Of a DNA stretch of 64,000 bases, positions 28,172 through 38,392 are shown piece after piece. Both the position numbers and the translations under genes were made by a program. The notes under the pieces are model-generated. The model searched no databases. It was not told where the DNA came from and saw nothing but the letters and a program-made list of their open reading frames with translations. Within the stretch, counting starts at the first letter, position 1, and every line of letters begins with the position of its first letter. Source of the DNA: an uncultured Acidobacteriota bacterium (GTDB lineage: Bacteria > Acidobacteriota > Thermoanaerobaculia > Gp7-AA8). Location: positions 736,001-800,000 of the forward strand of contig CAVUKB010000007.1 in NCBI GenBank assembly GCA_963741955.1, read 5' to 3'.

Positions 28172-30421
28172 CTACTTCATCATCTCCGTCGCCTTCCGGA
28201 TCTCGGCCGTGAACGCATCCAGCGTCTCGGCGACCGTATCGATTCCGGCGGCGGCCTTCTTCCACTCTCGCTGCTCGATCGATTCGCGAATCGCGGGAAG
28301 AGTCTTCACGCCGTATCCGGTGTAGAACCCCGGAGCGTAGATCTGGTGGCGGAACCAGGGACGTCCCTCCAGTCCCTCCGGCCGGGTCAGGGTACGTTCG
28401 CTCGTGTAGAGCACCTGATCGAGCTTCTCGAGAAGGGCGGCCGGTGGGACATTCGCCTGCGCATCGAACTTCGCCGCTCTCTTCTGGTACGCGTCCGCGG
28501 CGTCGCGAAGCCGCACCACGGCATTCTGCAGCGGTGCGAAGTTCAGATACGGCACCGGATCCTTCGGTGCCGGGGCGACGTACGTTTTGGTCGGATCGGA
28601 GACCGCGGCGAGCGTCCCATCCTCGATCAGCTTGTTCTGCTCGATCGTCTCTTCCCGCATCCTGTCGGCGAGCTTCGACACTTCGTTCGCATAGCGCTGC
28701 ACGGTATCGGCGAAGTTCGAGAACCCGAAAGGAACGACGTCGGCGTTGGCGAGACGGAGCACTGCGCGCCCACCCGTCTTCGCGAGCGTGAGGCCGTACT
28801 CGAACGTCGGATCACCGAACCTCTTGTAGTGCTCGTATGAATCGTAGATCGAGTGGTAGTCGCCTCCGTCACTCTCGCCGCCGTATCCGATGTTCAGAGC
28901 GGCAATGCCGAGGTGCTGAAGAAACGGGGTGTAATCGGATCCCGAGCCGAGGGCGGAGATGGCGAGATCGGGCTGGCTGTGGAGGAGCTTCTTGTCCGCT
29001 TCGGAGGCTCCGACCAGGCGCCTGTCGCGAGCGCGCTCGAAGACGCTGATCTGTTTCTCCGGGTCGGTCACGTCGCGGGCGACGTCGTTGATGAAGTGCT
29101 CGAGTGTGTGTGAGCCGCCGACGTAGAGGAACCCGCGGTCATTCGAGTCCGAATTGATGTAGGCGACCGCGTGCTTCGCGAGCTCGGACGCATGCGTCTC
29201 GACCCATTCGGTCGACCCGATCAGGCCGGGCTCTTCGGCGTCCCACGCCGCGTAGATGATGGTGCGTTTCGGCTTCCATCCATTCTTCGCGAGTGCGCCG
29301 ATCGCTTTCGCCTCTTCGAGCATTGCCACCTGACCGCTGAGGGGATCGGCCGCACCGAACACCCATCCGTCGTGATGGTTCCCGCGGACCACCCATTCGT
29401 CCGGCCGCTCGGCGCCGCGCATCTTCGCGATGACGTCGTGGATGGTGACGGTGTTCCAGTTGGACGCGACTTTCAGGTGGACTTTCGCCGGGCCGGGGCC
29501 GACGTGGTACGTGATCGGGAGAGCGCCCCGCCACGATTCCGGCGCGACCGGTCCGTCCATCTGCCGGAGGATTCCGAGTGCGTCGGAGTAGGAGATGGGG
29601 AGGACGGGGATCTTCGTGAGCACGGGAGTGTCTTTCAGAGCGAGACGCTTCGCGTCCGGCGTCGCGCCGACTCCCGGGGTGAGCGGGTCACCCGGATAGA
29701 GCGGCATGTCTTCGACCGAGCCGCGCTGGACGCCGTTCTCGTTGCGCCACGACCCTTTCGGGTAGACGTCGCCTTCGAAGTAGCCGTCGTCCCGCGGGTC
29801 GGAGTAGATGATGCAGCCGAGTGCCCCGTGCTCCGCGGCGACTTTCGGTTTGATCCCGCGCCACGAGCCGCCGTAGCGGGCGACGACGATCTTTCCCTTC
29901 ACGTCGATTCCCATCTCGGCGAGCTTCTCGTAGTCCGCGGGGATGCCGTAGTTGACGTAGACGACGTCGGCGGTGACGTCGCCGTCCGCGGAGTACGCGT
30001 TGTACGGAGGGAGCATGTCCTCGCGCACGAGGGAGCTCGCGTCGTCACGGACCGGAGGCTCGTCGAGCTTCGCCGTGAAGCGTTCCGGAGAGACGACTTC
30101 GACCAGACGCTCCTTCGGTGTCGGAAAGAGCACCTGGAACTCCTCGATCGCCGTGTCGTAGCCCCACGAACGGAAGAGCGATGCGATGAAGTCGGCGTCC
30201 TCTTTCCCGTACGGCGATCCGGCGTGGTGCGGTTTCGCCGAGAGCCGTTTCATCCAGGCGTCGAGATCCTTCGCGTCGAGCGAGGAGTCGAACTTCGATT
30301 CGAGCTGCCGCTGGGCCGCCGCGTGGTTGCCGAGAAAGCCGGGCATCGGTTCGGAATCGGCGGCGAACAGCGGGAGGACGAGGGCGAGGGTGGAAAGCGC
30401 TGCAAGGGTGCGAAGTTTCAT
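28172..30421 (-). CDS. M28 glutamate carboxypeptidase II-like peptidase (PA and TfR-dimer domains)
   Basis: Signal peptide, YVNYG, GNHHDGW, ADPLSG, WDAEE, GSGSDYTPF and YHSIYD. Confidence 0.93.
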   Translation of the reverse strand: MKLRTLAALSTLALVLPLFAADSEPMPGFLGNHAAAQRQLESKFDSSLDAKDLDAWMKRLSAKPHHAGSPYGKEDADFIASLFRSWGYDTAIEEFQVLFPTPKERLVEVVSPERFTAKLDEPPVRDDASSLVREDMLPPYNAYSADGDVTADVVYVNYGIPADYEKLAEMGIDVKGKIVVARYGGSWRGIKPKVAAEHGALGCIIYSDPRDDGYFEGDVYPKGSWRNENGVQRGSVEDMPLYPGDPLTPGVGATPDAKRLALKDTPVLTKIPVLPISYSDALGILRQMDGPVAPESWRGALPITYHVGPGPAKVHLKVASNWNTVTIHDVIAKMRGAERPDEWVVRGNHHDGWVFGAADPLSGQVAMLEEAKAIGALAKNGWKPKRTIIYAAWDAEEPGLIGSTEWVETHASELAKHAVAYINSDSNDRGFLYVGGSHTLEHFINDVARDVTDPEKQISVFERARDRRLVGASEADKKLLHSQPDLAISALGSGSDYTPFLQHLGIAALNIGYGGESDGGDYHSIYDSYEHYKRFGDPTFEYGLTLAKTGGRAVLRLANADVVPFGFSNFADTVQRYANEVSKLADRMREETIEQNKLIEDGTLAAVSDPTKTYVAPAPKDPVPYLNFAPLQNAVVRLRDAADAYQKRAAKFDAQANVPPAALLEKLDQVLYTSERTLTRPEGLEGRPWFRHQIYAPGFYTGYGVKTLPAIRESIEQREWKKAAAGIDTVAETLDAFTAEIRKATEMMK

Positions 30422-30597
30422 GCTTCCTCCTTGGACCGGAGAATTGTAGTCGATCGCAGAATCAGGCGTTCTGCGCAGGCGCGAAGGAGAGCGGGATCGT
30501 GGAGCGTCGGTGATCCGGTCATCGAGAGGAGCGCACCCGACGTCATGCGAATCGCGCGAATCCCCGTATACTTTCTCCTTCACGAAAGGAGGGGGCG

Positions 30598-31068
30598 ATG
30601 ATTCGCGGAACGATCGCCGTGATTGCTGGCTATGTGTCGATGGCTCTTTTCATCATGATCACGTTCAGTCTCACCTGGATGGTGGTGGGCTACCAGTTCG
30701 CGTTCAAGGCGGGAACGACCGACGTCACTCCGGGATGGATCGCGATCACTCTTCCGCTCGATCTGCTCGCGGCGGTTCTCGGCGGATGGATCGCGGTGAA
30801 GATCGCACGAGGCGAAGTCGCGCCGCGGGTCCTCGCGGGGATCGTTCTGGTTCTCGGCCTCACTCTGGCGTTCATCTCGCTCCGGCTCGTACATCCTGTC
30901 CCGCCGAAGCCGATCCCGCAGATCTCGACATTCGAGGCGGCGAGCTACGCGGTGGAGCCCGACTGGTATCAGTTCGCCGTTCCGTTCATCGGTGCGATCG
31001 GCGTCCTGATCGGGAGCCGGCTCGGAAGGCGGCGTTCGAAGGTCGAAGCACAACCTGCAGGGGCGTGA
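30598..31068 (+). CDS. Four-TM hypothetical membrane protein
   Basis: SD AAGGAGG and hydrophobic helices. Confidence 0.75.
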   Translation: MIRGTIAVIAGYVSMALFIMITFSLTWMVVGYQFAFKAGTTDVTPGWIAITLPLDLLAAVLGGWIAVKIARGEVAPRVLAGIVLVLGLTLAFISLRLVHPVPPKPIPQISTFEAASYAVEPDWYQFAVPFIGAIGVLIGSRLGRRRSKVEAQPAGA

Positions 31069-31174
31069 GGCGGAATCGCTCCGCGGCTCGCGGGAATCGT
31101 ATCCACGAGGCGTTTCTCGTGGAAGGGCGCCACTCGTTGACCGCTGCTCGACGTTCAGGGGATCGCCTCGCGGC

Positions 31175-31278
31175 GCAGCGAGGTGCCGCCCCCTCATGGG
31201 GGCTCCGCACCTGAATTCCGGAACCCTGAACCTCCGCCTGACGGCGGAGGCTAAACAAAGTGACGCCCTTCGGGCTCG
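31175..31278. repeat. REP-like composite palindrome cluster
   Basis: GCCCCC-tcat-GGGGGC, CCTCCGCC-tgac-GGCGGAGG and GCCC-ttc-GGGC hairpins in series. Confidence 0.55.
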
Positions 31279-31418
31279 CGTGAATCGCTGTTCCCGAAAG
31301 AGTTCGAAATGCGGGCTTGGAGATCGGCAGTTTTGCTGCGACCGCAGACGACGCGGAGAACCGCGGATCGCATCCACGACGCATTTCGCGTGACTCGACA
31401 GGCTCGAGCGGAGCTACA

Positions 31419-32297
31419 TCAGTGCCCCGCGTACCAGTCGTATCCGCGTTCGGCCCAGAAATCAGGCGGGCGGATGTCGGTGTAGCGGATGGTCGCGATG
31501 CGCTTGATGTTCTTGATCCCGTACTTGACCGGAATGGCGAGACGGAGCGGCGCGCCGTGTTCCCAGGAGAGCGGCTGCCGATTGATCTCGTAGACCAGGA
31601 GAGTCTGAGGATGCAGAGCGCTCGCCATGTCGAGGCCGACGTAATAACCGCGTCCGGGAGTCTCCATCGCGACGTACCGGGCCAGATCGTTCCGGTTCTG
31701 CAGGTCGGGCCGCCGCCCGCTGCGTGATGCCGGAGGAAACTTCGCCATCACTTCCGAGAGCCTCGCTCCGGTCCAGTGCACGACCATGCTCCATCCCTCG
31801 ATGCATTTGAACTCGGTGACCATTTCGTGGCGCGGGAATCTTCGGATCTCGTCCAGGGTCAGGTCTGCGGTATCACCGCGCGGCATCCCCTCGATGCGCA
31901 GCCTCCAGTTCGAATGGTCCGCGTTTCGATCCAGCCCGAGGTGCCCGTTGATCCGCGGTCGTGCCGCGGCCCGTTCGAGCGGAAGCTCGGGAGCGAGCCG
32001 CTTCGGATCGAAGTAGGCCTCGGCGATCTTCTCGTTCGCTTCCAGTACCCGGCGTAATGGCTCCTGGACTCCCCCGTCGCGCGGCTGGTGCATCAACCAC
32101 TTCCAACCCGCGTAGCCGGTGCCGACGGCGATGGCTGCGGTGACGAAGCCGCGGCGGCTCATCCGCCGGAGACGCCGCTCGACTTCCGCCTCTTCCGCGG
32201 CCCGCCTGGCGGCTTCCGACTGCGCCGGCTCGGGAGGAGTCGGTTCTTCCGTCCCATCGGCTTCTTCCGGTTCCGGCTCTTTGGTGTCTTCCGTCAT
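31419..32297 (-). CDS. Molybdopterin-dependent oxidoreductase (sulfite oxidase/MsrP-like) with Tat-like motif
   Basis: SRRGF, FKCIEGWS, HGAPLRL, YGIKNIK and DFWAERGY. ATGA overlap with the upstream gene. Confidence 0.88.
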   Translation of the reverse strand: MTEDTKEPEPEEADGTEEPTPPEPAQSEAARRAAEEAEVERRLRRMSRRGFVTAAIAVGTGYAGWKWLMHQPRDGGVQEPLRRVLEANEKIAEAYFDPKRLAPELPLERAAARPRINGHLGLDRNADHSNWRLRIEGMPRGDTADLTLDEIRRFPRHEMVTEFKCIEGWSMVVHWTGARLSEVMAKFPPASRSGRRPDLQNRNDLARYVAMETPGRGYYVGLDMASALHPQTLLVYEINRQPLSWEHGAPLRLAIPVKYGIKNIKRIATIRYTDIRPPDFWAERGYDWYAGH

Positions 32298-33028
32298 CGT
32301 GCCTCCGTCGCCACGCTCGATGCGGGCGTGGACTCCGGCTCTTCGGATTCCGGTTCGGGTGGAACCGGATCGGCGATCTCGACCATTTCCCAGCCGATGA
32401 TCATGGCCCGGAAATTGTTCCACCCTGCTCGGATCACCTGCGCGACATGAATGACGAAGAATGCGACGTAGCCGGCCGTGAGCCAGAAGTGGAAGAAGCG
32501 AGCCATCGGATACCCGCCGAGGATCGCCACGAGCCAGGAGAGCTGAACCGGTTTGTAGATCGCGAGACCGGTGATCAGGGAGCCGGCACCCATCACGATG
32601 ATCGCGGTGTAGGCGATCTGCTGTGCGCCGTTGTATTTCCTTCGTGGCGGCGGCTCCTTCCGGATGTGGAGGTCGTGGAGAAGCACCCGCCACGCCTCGG
32701 CGAACGAGCGGCGGCTCGGAACCAGCTCGCGCCATTCTCCGGAGATCGCGGTGTAGAGGACGTAGAGAAGTCCATTCACCGCGAACAGCCACATGAAGAA
32801 GAAGTGCCACGCCATTCCCATCGCCAGCCGGTTGTTCACATGAAGGGAGCGGTAAATGTCCTGAGAGACGGTGAGCCTGGCGAGCGTGAAGTCACCGATT
32901 GCGATGCGGTAGACGGGATAGGCCCAGTAGATCAGGAGCCCGCTCACCACCATCAGCGACAGGATCGGAACGTTGATCCAGTGGAACCAGCGGATCGCGA
33001 GCGGATGCTTCTTGTCCAGCCTCTTCAT
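32294..33028 (-). CDS. Di-haem cytochrome b subunit (Ni-hydrogenase cyt b-like), partner of the Mo enzyme
   Basis: RWFHWIN, WHFFFMW, KYNGAQQ, FHF and IHV haem-ligand histidines. Confidence 0.88.
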   Translation of the reverse strand: MKRLDKKHPLAIRWFHWINVPILSLMVVSGLLIYWAYPVYRIAIGDFTLARLTVSQDIYRSLHVNNRLAMGMAWHFFFMWLFAVNGLLYVLYTAISGEWRELVPSRRSFAEAWRVLLHDLHIRKEPPPRRKYNGAQQIAYTAIIVMGAGSLITGLAIYKPVQLSWLVAILGGYPMARFFHFWLTAGYVAFFVIHVAQVIRAGWNNFRAMIIGWEMVEIADPVPPEPESEEPESTPASSVATEAR

Positions 33029-33157
33029 GCGGTCTCGGATTCTCTGATGCCCGCCCGGCGAGCGGAGTTACGCCGGGTGGGATCCCCTGATCGAATATGC
33101 CGGGATGATCCGATTCTACGACGGATCTCCCCGTTCCGCGGGATTACAATCCCGACC

Positions 33158-33684
33158 GTGAGACTCCGCGCCGTTGCGGCGATTCTTTTTGCGCTGTTGC
33201 TCGTCGTCTCATGTGGGCGTCCGGTCGGAGACTCGGTCATTCCTCCTCCCGCCTTGACGGCGTCCATTGATGAGACGGCACTGGAGTTTCCCACCGGACA
33301 GATTCTCTCGTACGGCGAGGTGAGGGCGCGGACATGGATCGTCTCTCCCTCTTTCGAAGCGGTACAGCGGTTCGCTTCGCCCCTCCGGACCACGGCGCCA
33401 TCGACATGCAGGCGCTCTCGGATCTCGGCGAAGGGTCGGGTCTGCAGTTGAACTGGCGCGACCCGGCCACTCTGGAAGTGGCGGCGGCGAGTTGCGACGG
33501 AAGGCATCTGCTGCGCGCCGGCGGTCCGGATGCGGCGGCATTCAGCATCGAATGCATCGAAGCGGCGTGGCTCGACCAGGACCGGATTGCGCTGGTGCAG
33601 CCGGACGAAGATGGAGCAGGAAGGATCGCGGTGGCCGACCTGCGGAACGGATCGACTCGACCGACGCTGGCGGAGAGTGCGTGA
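33158..33684 (+). pseudogene. Frameshifted or truncated lipoprotein gene
   Basis: TACAAT-7 nt-GTG; signal plus lipobox MRLRAVAAILFALLLVVSC. The coding-like sequence continues in another frame after about 33330. Confidence 0.5.
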
Positions 33685-33703
33685 GCTCGACGTTTCCCGG
33701 CGC

Positions 33704-34492
33704 TCAGTCGAGGAACGCGACCGCGGTCCAGATCGCTGCGATCCCGCCGAGGAGTGCCACCGTCTCGACCAGGGCGAACCCCCGCCGCCGGTGACTGTGG
33801 ATCTCCGGGATGATGTCGGACGAGGCGATGTAGATGAAGAATCCGGCGGTGAGCGAGATGAAGATCGGCATCAGGCCGACCACGGCCTTTCCGATGAAGT
33901 ACGTGGCGACCGCGCCGACCATGGTCGCGAGGGCCGAGACGACGTTGAACACGAGCACTTTCGTTCGCGACAGACCGCGATGGAGAAGGATGCTGAAGTC
34001 ACCGATCTCCTGCGGGATCTCGTGAGCTGCCACGGCGATGGAAGTGACGATGCCGAGGTGAATGCTGATGAGGAACGTCCCGGCGATCACGATACCGTCG
34101 ATGAAGTTGTGCACCGTGTCGCCGAAGACGATCAGCGGAATGGTCACCGAATCCTCGTCGGGAGGACAGGGATCCGCGTGCACGTGCTCGGGGCCGTGCT
34201 CGTGGGTGTGCTCATGATGGTGGTGAAACCACCGGACGAATCGTTCCAGGATGAAGAAGACCACGATTCCGGCGAGGGTCAGGGCGAAGACGTTCCATCC
34301 GTTACTCACGCGCTGCGCCTCGGGGAGGAGATCGAGGAATGCGGTGCCGAGAAGCGTCCCGGCCGCGAATGGCGCGAGGACGCTCCCGAGCTTCTCGGCG
34401 AATCCTTCACGGGAGAGGAGGACCACGCCTCCCACCAGCGAGACGATGCTGCCGATGAAGGAGAAGAGGAGAATATAGCCGAGTGTCGACAT
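33704..34492 (-). CDS. ZIP family metal transporter
   Basis: His-rich loop HHHHEHTHEH, GDTVHNFIDG and HEIPQEIGDF. Confidence 0.93.
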   Translation of the reverse strand: MSTLGYILLFSFIGSIVSLVGGVVLLSREGFAEKLGSVLAPFAAGTLLGTAFLDLLPEAQRVSNGWNVFALTLAGIVVFFILERFVRWFHHHHEHTHEHGPEHVHADPCPPDEDSVTIPLIVFGDTVHNFIDGIVIAGTFLISIHLGIVTSIAVAAHEIPQEIGDFSILLHRGLSRTKVLVFNVVSALATMVGAVATYFIGKAVVGLMPIFISLTAGFFIYIASSDIIPEIHSHRRRGFALVETVALLGGIAAIWTAVAFLD

Positions 34493-34556
34493 GGACGGGT
34501 CCGGTCCGGACCGCTCCTTTTAGCATTGTTCTCTCCTATTGACAATTCTCCGCAAA

Positions 34557-34573
34557 TGGAGAATCATTCTCCA
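34557..34573. promoter_or_regulatory. Fur/PerR-type operator with upstream TTGACA (34539-34544)
   Basis: Perfect palindrome TGGAGAAT-C-ATTCTCCA directly before the regulator ATG. Confidence 0.8.
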
Positions 34574-34574
34574 A

Positions 34575-35024
34575 ATGGAACGATCCGCCACCATCGTGAA
34601 GGAATGCATGGACGATCTCGGCCGCCGCTGTCGCGAGGCCGGGATGAACATGACCCCTCAACGGATGGCCGTCTACAAGGCGCTCCTCGAGAGCCGCGAG
34701 CATCCCTCGCCGGAGATGCTCTACCGCCGGGTCCGTCGCTCCATGCCGTCCCTCTCCCTCGCCACGATCTACAAGACGCTCGACACCCTCGAGGGCCTCG
34801 GGCTGGTGCGGGAGGTCGCAGTCGGCAGCGAGACCAGGCGTTACGACGCGAACATGCACCAGCACCACCACCTGGTCTGTTCGTCGTGCCACAAGATCAT
34901 GGATTACTACGATGACGGTCTGGACCGACTTCTCCCGTCGAAAATGGCCGGATTCGTGCCGCGGGAGATCAGCATCCGGATCACCGGCGTCTGTGAACCC
35001 TGCAGCCGGAAGTCGAAACGATGA
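34575..35024 (+). CDS. Fur family regulator (PerR-like)
   Basis: TPQR, HPSPE, SLATIYKTL, RYD, HHHLVCSSC and CEPC. Confidence 0.92.
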   Translation: MERSATIVKECMDDLGRRCREAGMNMTPQRMAVYKALLESREHPSPEMLYRRVRRSMPSLSLATIYKTLDTLEGLGLVREVAVGSETRRYDANMHQHHHLVCSSCHKIMDYYDDGLDRLLPSKMAGFVPREISIRITGVCEPCSRKSKR

Positions 35025-35046
35025 CGAAATTTTTTTGACAGCAGAC

Positions 35047-35061
35047 GGAGAATGATTCTCC
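35047..35061. promoter_or_regulatory. Second Fur/PerR-type operator, upstream of rubrerythrin
   Basis: GGAGAAT-G-ATTCTCC, 6 nt after TTGACA (35035-35040). Confidence 0.8.
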
Positions 35062-35101
35062 ACAAATAACTGGTCGACGGCAGGAAAAGGAGGAGGACAT
35101 C

Positions 35102-35521
35102 ATGGCCGAGCTGAAGGGAAGCAAGACGTTCGACAACCTCAAGGAGGCGTTCGCTGGAGAATCGATGGCGAACCGCCGTTACCTCTATTTCGCACGTCTG
35201 GCCGACGTCGAGGGGCATCCGGACGTCGCCGGTCTCTTCCGCGACACGGCGGAAGGGGAGACCGGACACGCGCACGGACATCTCGACTATCTGAAGGTCG
35301 TCGGCGATCCCGCCACCGGTCTTCCCATCGGCGAGACGAAGGTGAACCTGAAGGCCGCGATCGCCGGCGAGACGCACGAGTACACGGACATGTACCCGGG
35401 AATGGCGAAGACCGCCCGCGACGAGGGATTCTCCGAGATCGCGGACTGGTTCGAGACGCTCGCCCGTGCCGAGAAATCTCACGCCGGCCGCTTCCAGAAA
35501 GGACTCGATTCGATCGGGTAG
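35102..35521 (+). CDS. Rubrerythrin (short form lacking the rubredoxin domain)
   Basis: [28 protein letters not shown] and AEKSH; SD AGGAGG. Confidence 0.93.
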   Translation: MAELKGSKTFDNLKEAFAGESMANRRYLYFARLADVEGHPDVAGLFRDTAEGETGHAHGHLDYLKVVGDPATGLPIGETKVNLKAAIAGETHEYTDMYPGMAKTARDEGFSEIADWFETLARAEKSHAGRFQKGLDSIG

Positions 35522-35633
35522 ATACCCGAGGAGCACGAAGCGAGGCAAGGAGTCGTCCTGCAGGAACAGGATGGCATCGGGGAGGAGAGGGGGCATCCTC
35601 TCCTCCCCGCCCACCGGAGGAGTTCGACTTTTC

Positions 35634-36242
35634 ATGACCGAACGAAGAAGGAACACCGTCGACCGCAGCGAGATCCTCGACCTCGGCGACTACGAGCGCC
35701 GTCGCGACCAGATCCGTCCGTCCGCGATCCAGGCCCGTCACATCCGCAGGGTGAGCATCGGCCCCAACGCCACTCTCTCGTTCGAAAACCGCGAGACTGT
35801 GCGCTATCAGATCCAGGAGATGCTGCGCGCAGAGCGGATCGCAAAAGATGTCGAGGTGCAGCACGAGATCGATTCCTACAGCGATCTTCTTCCGGCACCT
35901 GCCGAGCTCTCTGCGACGCTGATGTTCGAATTTCCGGAGCCGCAGGAGCGGGCGGTCCACCTCGAGAATCTTCTCGGCGTGGAGAACCATCTCGGGCTGG
36001 AGATCGAAGGCGCGGGGCGCGCGGAGGGATACTTCGACCGGAGGCAGCTCGACGATGACCGGGTCAGCTCGGTCCAGTTCGTTCGCATCCCGCTCGACGA
36101 GAAACAGCTGAAAGCCCTGGAAGAGGGAAAGAAACTCACCGCGGTCATCGACCATCCTCAGTACGAGCACCGCAGCGAGATCCCGCCGGAGACGGTCGCT
36201 GCGTTGCTGCGCGATCTGGACGAATCGGAACAGACGGCCTGA
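35634..36242 (+). CDS. DUF3501 family protein
   Basis: FENRETVRYQIQEMLRAE, LSATLMFE and SSVQF; typical neighbour of short rubrerythrins. Confidence 0.85.
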   Translation: MTERRRNTVDRSEILDLGDYERRRDQIRPSAIQARHIRRVSIGPNATLSFENRETVRYQIQEMLRAERIAKDVEVQHEIDSYSDLLPAPAELSATLMFEFPEPQERAVHLENLLGVENHLGLEIEGAGRAEGYFDRRQLDDDRVSSVQFVRIPLDEKQLKALEEGKKLTAVIDHPQYEHRSEIPPETVAALLRDLDESEQTA

Positions 36243-36244
36243 CC

Positions 36245-37525
36245 ATGTACGACCTCCGGGATCCGAAGTTCTACGATGAAAACGAAGTCGAAGCCGAGCT
36301 TCGACGGGTGTTCGACGTCTGTCACACCTGCCGGATGTGCTTCAACTACTGCCCCTCCTTTCCCTCTCTCTTCGACGCGATCGACCGGCACGAGCGCAGT
36401 GGCGAAGGGGAAGTGGATGCGCTGACGAAGCCGGAGCTCGATGAAGTGGTCGACCTCTGCTACCAGTGCAAGCTCTGCTACGTGAAGTGCCCCTACACCC
36501 CGCCGCACAAGTTCATGCTCGACTTCCCGCGCCTTATGCTGCGGGCGAAAGCCGCCCGGGCGAAGCGCGCAGGGGTGACGTTGCCGGATCGCTTTCTCGG
36601 CAATCCCGATCTCAGCGCGCGGCGGTCCACCGGTCCGCTCGCGCGATTCGTCAACTGGATGAACCGCCAGAGGGTGGTGCGCGTGCTGATGGAAAGAACG
36701 GTGGGAATTCATCGCGATCGCATGCTTCCCGAATTCGCGACCGAAACGTTCGAGAAATGGATGAAGCGTCATCGCCAACCGAACGTTGCGGGAGAGAATC
36801 GCGTCGCGATCTTCGAGACGTGTTCGGTCAACTACAACTACCCGAACATCGGCATTGCCGCGGTTCAGGTTCTCGAACGGAACGGCAAGACGGTCCTCCG
36901 CCCACGGCAGGTCTGCTGCGGGATGCCGGCACTCGACGGCGGAGACGTCGATCTCGCCGTGGCGAACGCGCGGAAGAACGTCGATGTCCTCTACCCGCTG
37001 GTGAAAGAAGGCGTGCCGATCCTCGTACTCGGCCCGACCTGCGGATACGTCATCAAGAAAGAGTGGCCGGATCTTCTCGGGACGGAAGAAGCGAAGGCGG
37101 TCGCCGAGAAGACGTTCGACATCGGCGAGTATCTCGCGAAGGAAAAGGCGGCGGGGCGGCTCGACACGAGCTTCAGCGTTCCGCAGGGGAAGCTCGCGTA
37201 CCACATCCCGTGTCATCTCCGCGCACAGAACATCGGGCAGCCGTTCCGGCAGGTGCTTGGCGCGATTCCGGAGACGTCGGTCGAGGCGGTGGAGCAGTGC
37301 TCCGCGGTCGACGGGACGTGGGGGCTGAAGAAGGAGTACTACACGAAGTCACGGCAGTGTGCGGGCAAGCTCTGCGCGGGAATGAAGAACGCGAACGCGG
37401 ACCGGATGATCTCCGACTGCATGTTGGCGGGGCTCAACGTCCTCGAGGAGCTCGGAACGCAGCCGGCGCACCCGATCGAAGTGCTGCGCGACGCGTACGG
37501 CATGAGCGCGGACGACGCGAAGTAG
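36245..37525 (+). CDS. Rubrerythrin-associated Fe-S oxidoreductase (GlpC/HdrD-like, CCG domains)
   Basis: CHTCRMCFNYC, CYQCKLCYVKCP, CCGMP and CH...CS..DG. Confidence 0.9.
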   Translation: MYDLRDPKFYDENEVEAELRRVFDVCHTCRMCFNYCPSFPSLFDAIDRHERSGEGEVDALTKPELDEVVDLCYQCKLCYVKCPYTPPHKFMLDFPRLMLRAKAARAKRAGVTLPDRFLGNPDLSARRSTGPLARFVNWMNRQRVVRVLMERTVGIHRDRMLPEFATETFEKWMKRHRQPNVAGENRVAIFETCSVNYNYPNIGIAAVQVLERNGKTVLRPRQVCCGMPALDGGDVDLAVANARKNVDVLYPLVKEGVPILVLGPTCGYVIKKEWPDLLGTEEAKAVAEKTFDIGEYLAKEKAAGRLDTSFSVPQGKLAYHIPCHLRAQNIGQPFRQVLGAIPETSVEAVEQCSAVDGTWGLKKEYYTKSRQCAGKLCAGMKNANADRMISDCMLAGLNVLEELGTQPAHPIEVLRDAYGMSADDAK

Positions 37526-37732
37526 GCGTCAGCTCTGTCCCGCCTGCCGCATCGAGCCGAGGGGAGTCAGGGCTCCCGCCCTGACGTCATTGCGACACGG
37601 GTGTCCGGTGTCGAGAATCGTTTCGGATTGCCGATTTACGCGAGCAGCGCGAAACGGGAAGCACGCCACGGCTCGAGCCGTGGCGGCCCCACCGAACGCC
37701 GAACCTCGAGGCTCGAGCCCCGAGCCTCGACC

Positions 37733-38149
37733 TTACAGCGCTTCCAGCACTTTCTTGAGCTTCGTGTTCACTTCCTCAGCCACCGGATCGAGCCCCGGAT
37801 TGCCGACCACGCTGAGCATCTTCTTCGCGTCGATCGCGGCGACCTGGGACGTTTTCGCGTCGACCTCCCTCACGATGACGTTGCAGGGGAGGAGAAGCCC
37901 GATCAGCGGCTCGTTCGTCAGCGCCTGATGGGCAAGCGGCGGGTTGCACGCGCCGAGGATGACGTAACGCTCGAAGTCGGCATTGAGCTTTTCCTTCATG
38001 GTGCGTTTCACGTCGATCTCGGCGAGGACGCCGAAGCCCTGATCCTTCAGCGCTGCTTTCGTTTTCTCCACCGCTTTGTCGTAAGGAAGATCGATGGTCA
38101 CGCTGTATCCGTATTGCTCTTTGCTGATGTTCTCGGTGCTCTGGGCCAT
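37733..38149 (-). CDS. DUF302 family protein
   Basis: GFGVLAEID, ILGACNP and LLLPCNV. Confidence 0.9.
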   Translation of the reverse strand: MAQSTENISKEQYGYSVTIDLPYDKAVEKTKAALKDQGFGVLAEIDVKRTMKEKLNADFERYVILGACNPPLAHQALTNEPLIGLLLPCNVIVREVDAKTSQVAAIDAKKMLSVVGNPGLDPVAEEVNTKLKKVLEAL

Positions 38150-38203
38150 GATTCACCTCCTGCTTCAGTCGTCTCACGCGGCGACCGCCGCGCCTCAGTA
38201 ACC

Positions 38204-38392
38204 TCACCTGAATTTCGTCTCGTGGCGGATGACCGTCTCCTCGCGCCCGGACGACTCGACCTCGTCGCTCTCCCACAATCCGCACTGCGGACAGCGCGGC
38301 TCTCCGGTCGGAGAGGGGTCGGCGACGCCCGCTTCGAATACGGTTCCGCAGAGGCGGCATTTTCGAAGGATGTCGTTGCAGCAGCGGCTCAT
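38204..38392 (-). CDS. Small zinc-ribbon protein (FmdB-like)
   Basis: CRLCG...CPQCG with an extra N-terminal CC; ATGA-coupled to the upstream gene. Confidence 0.65.
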   Translation of the reverse strand: MSRCCNDILRKCRLCGTVFEAGVADPSPTGEPRCPQCGLWESDEVESSGREETVIRHETKFR

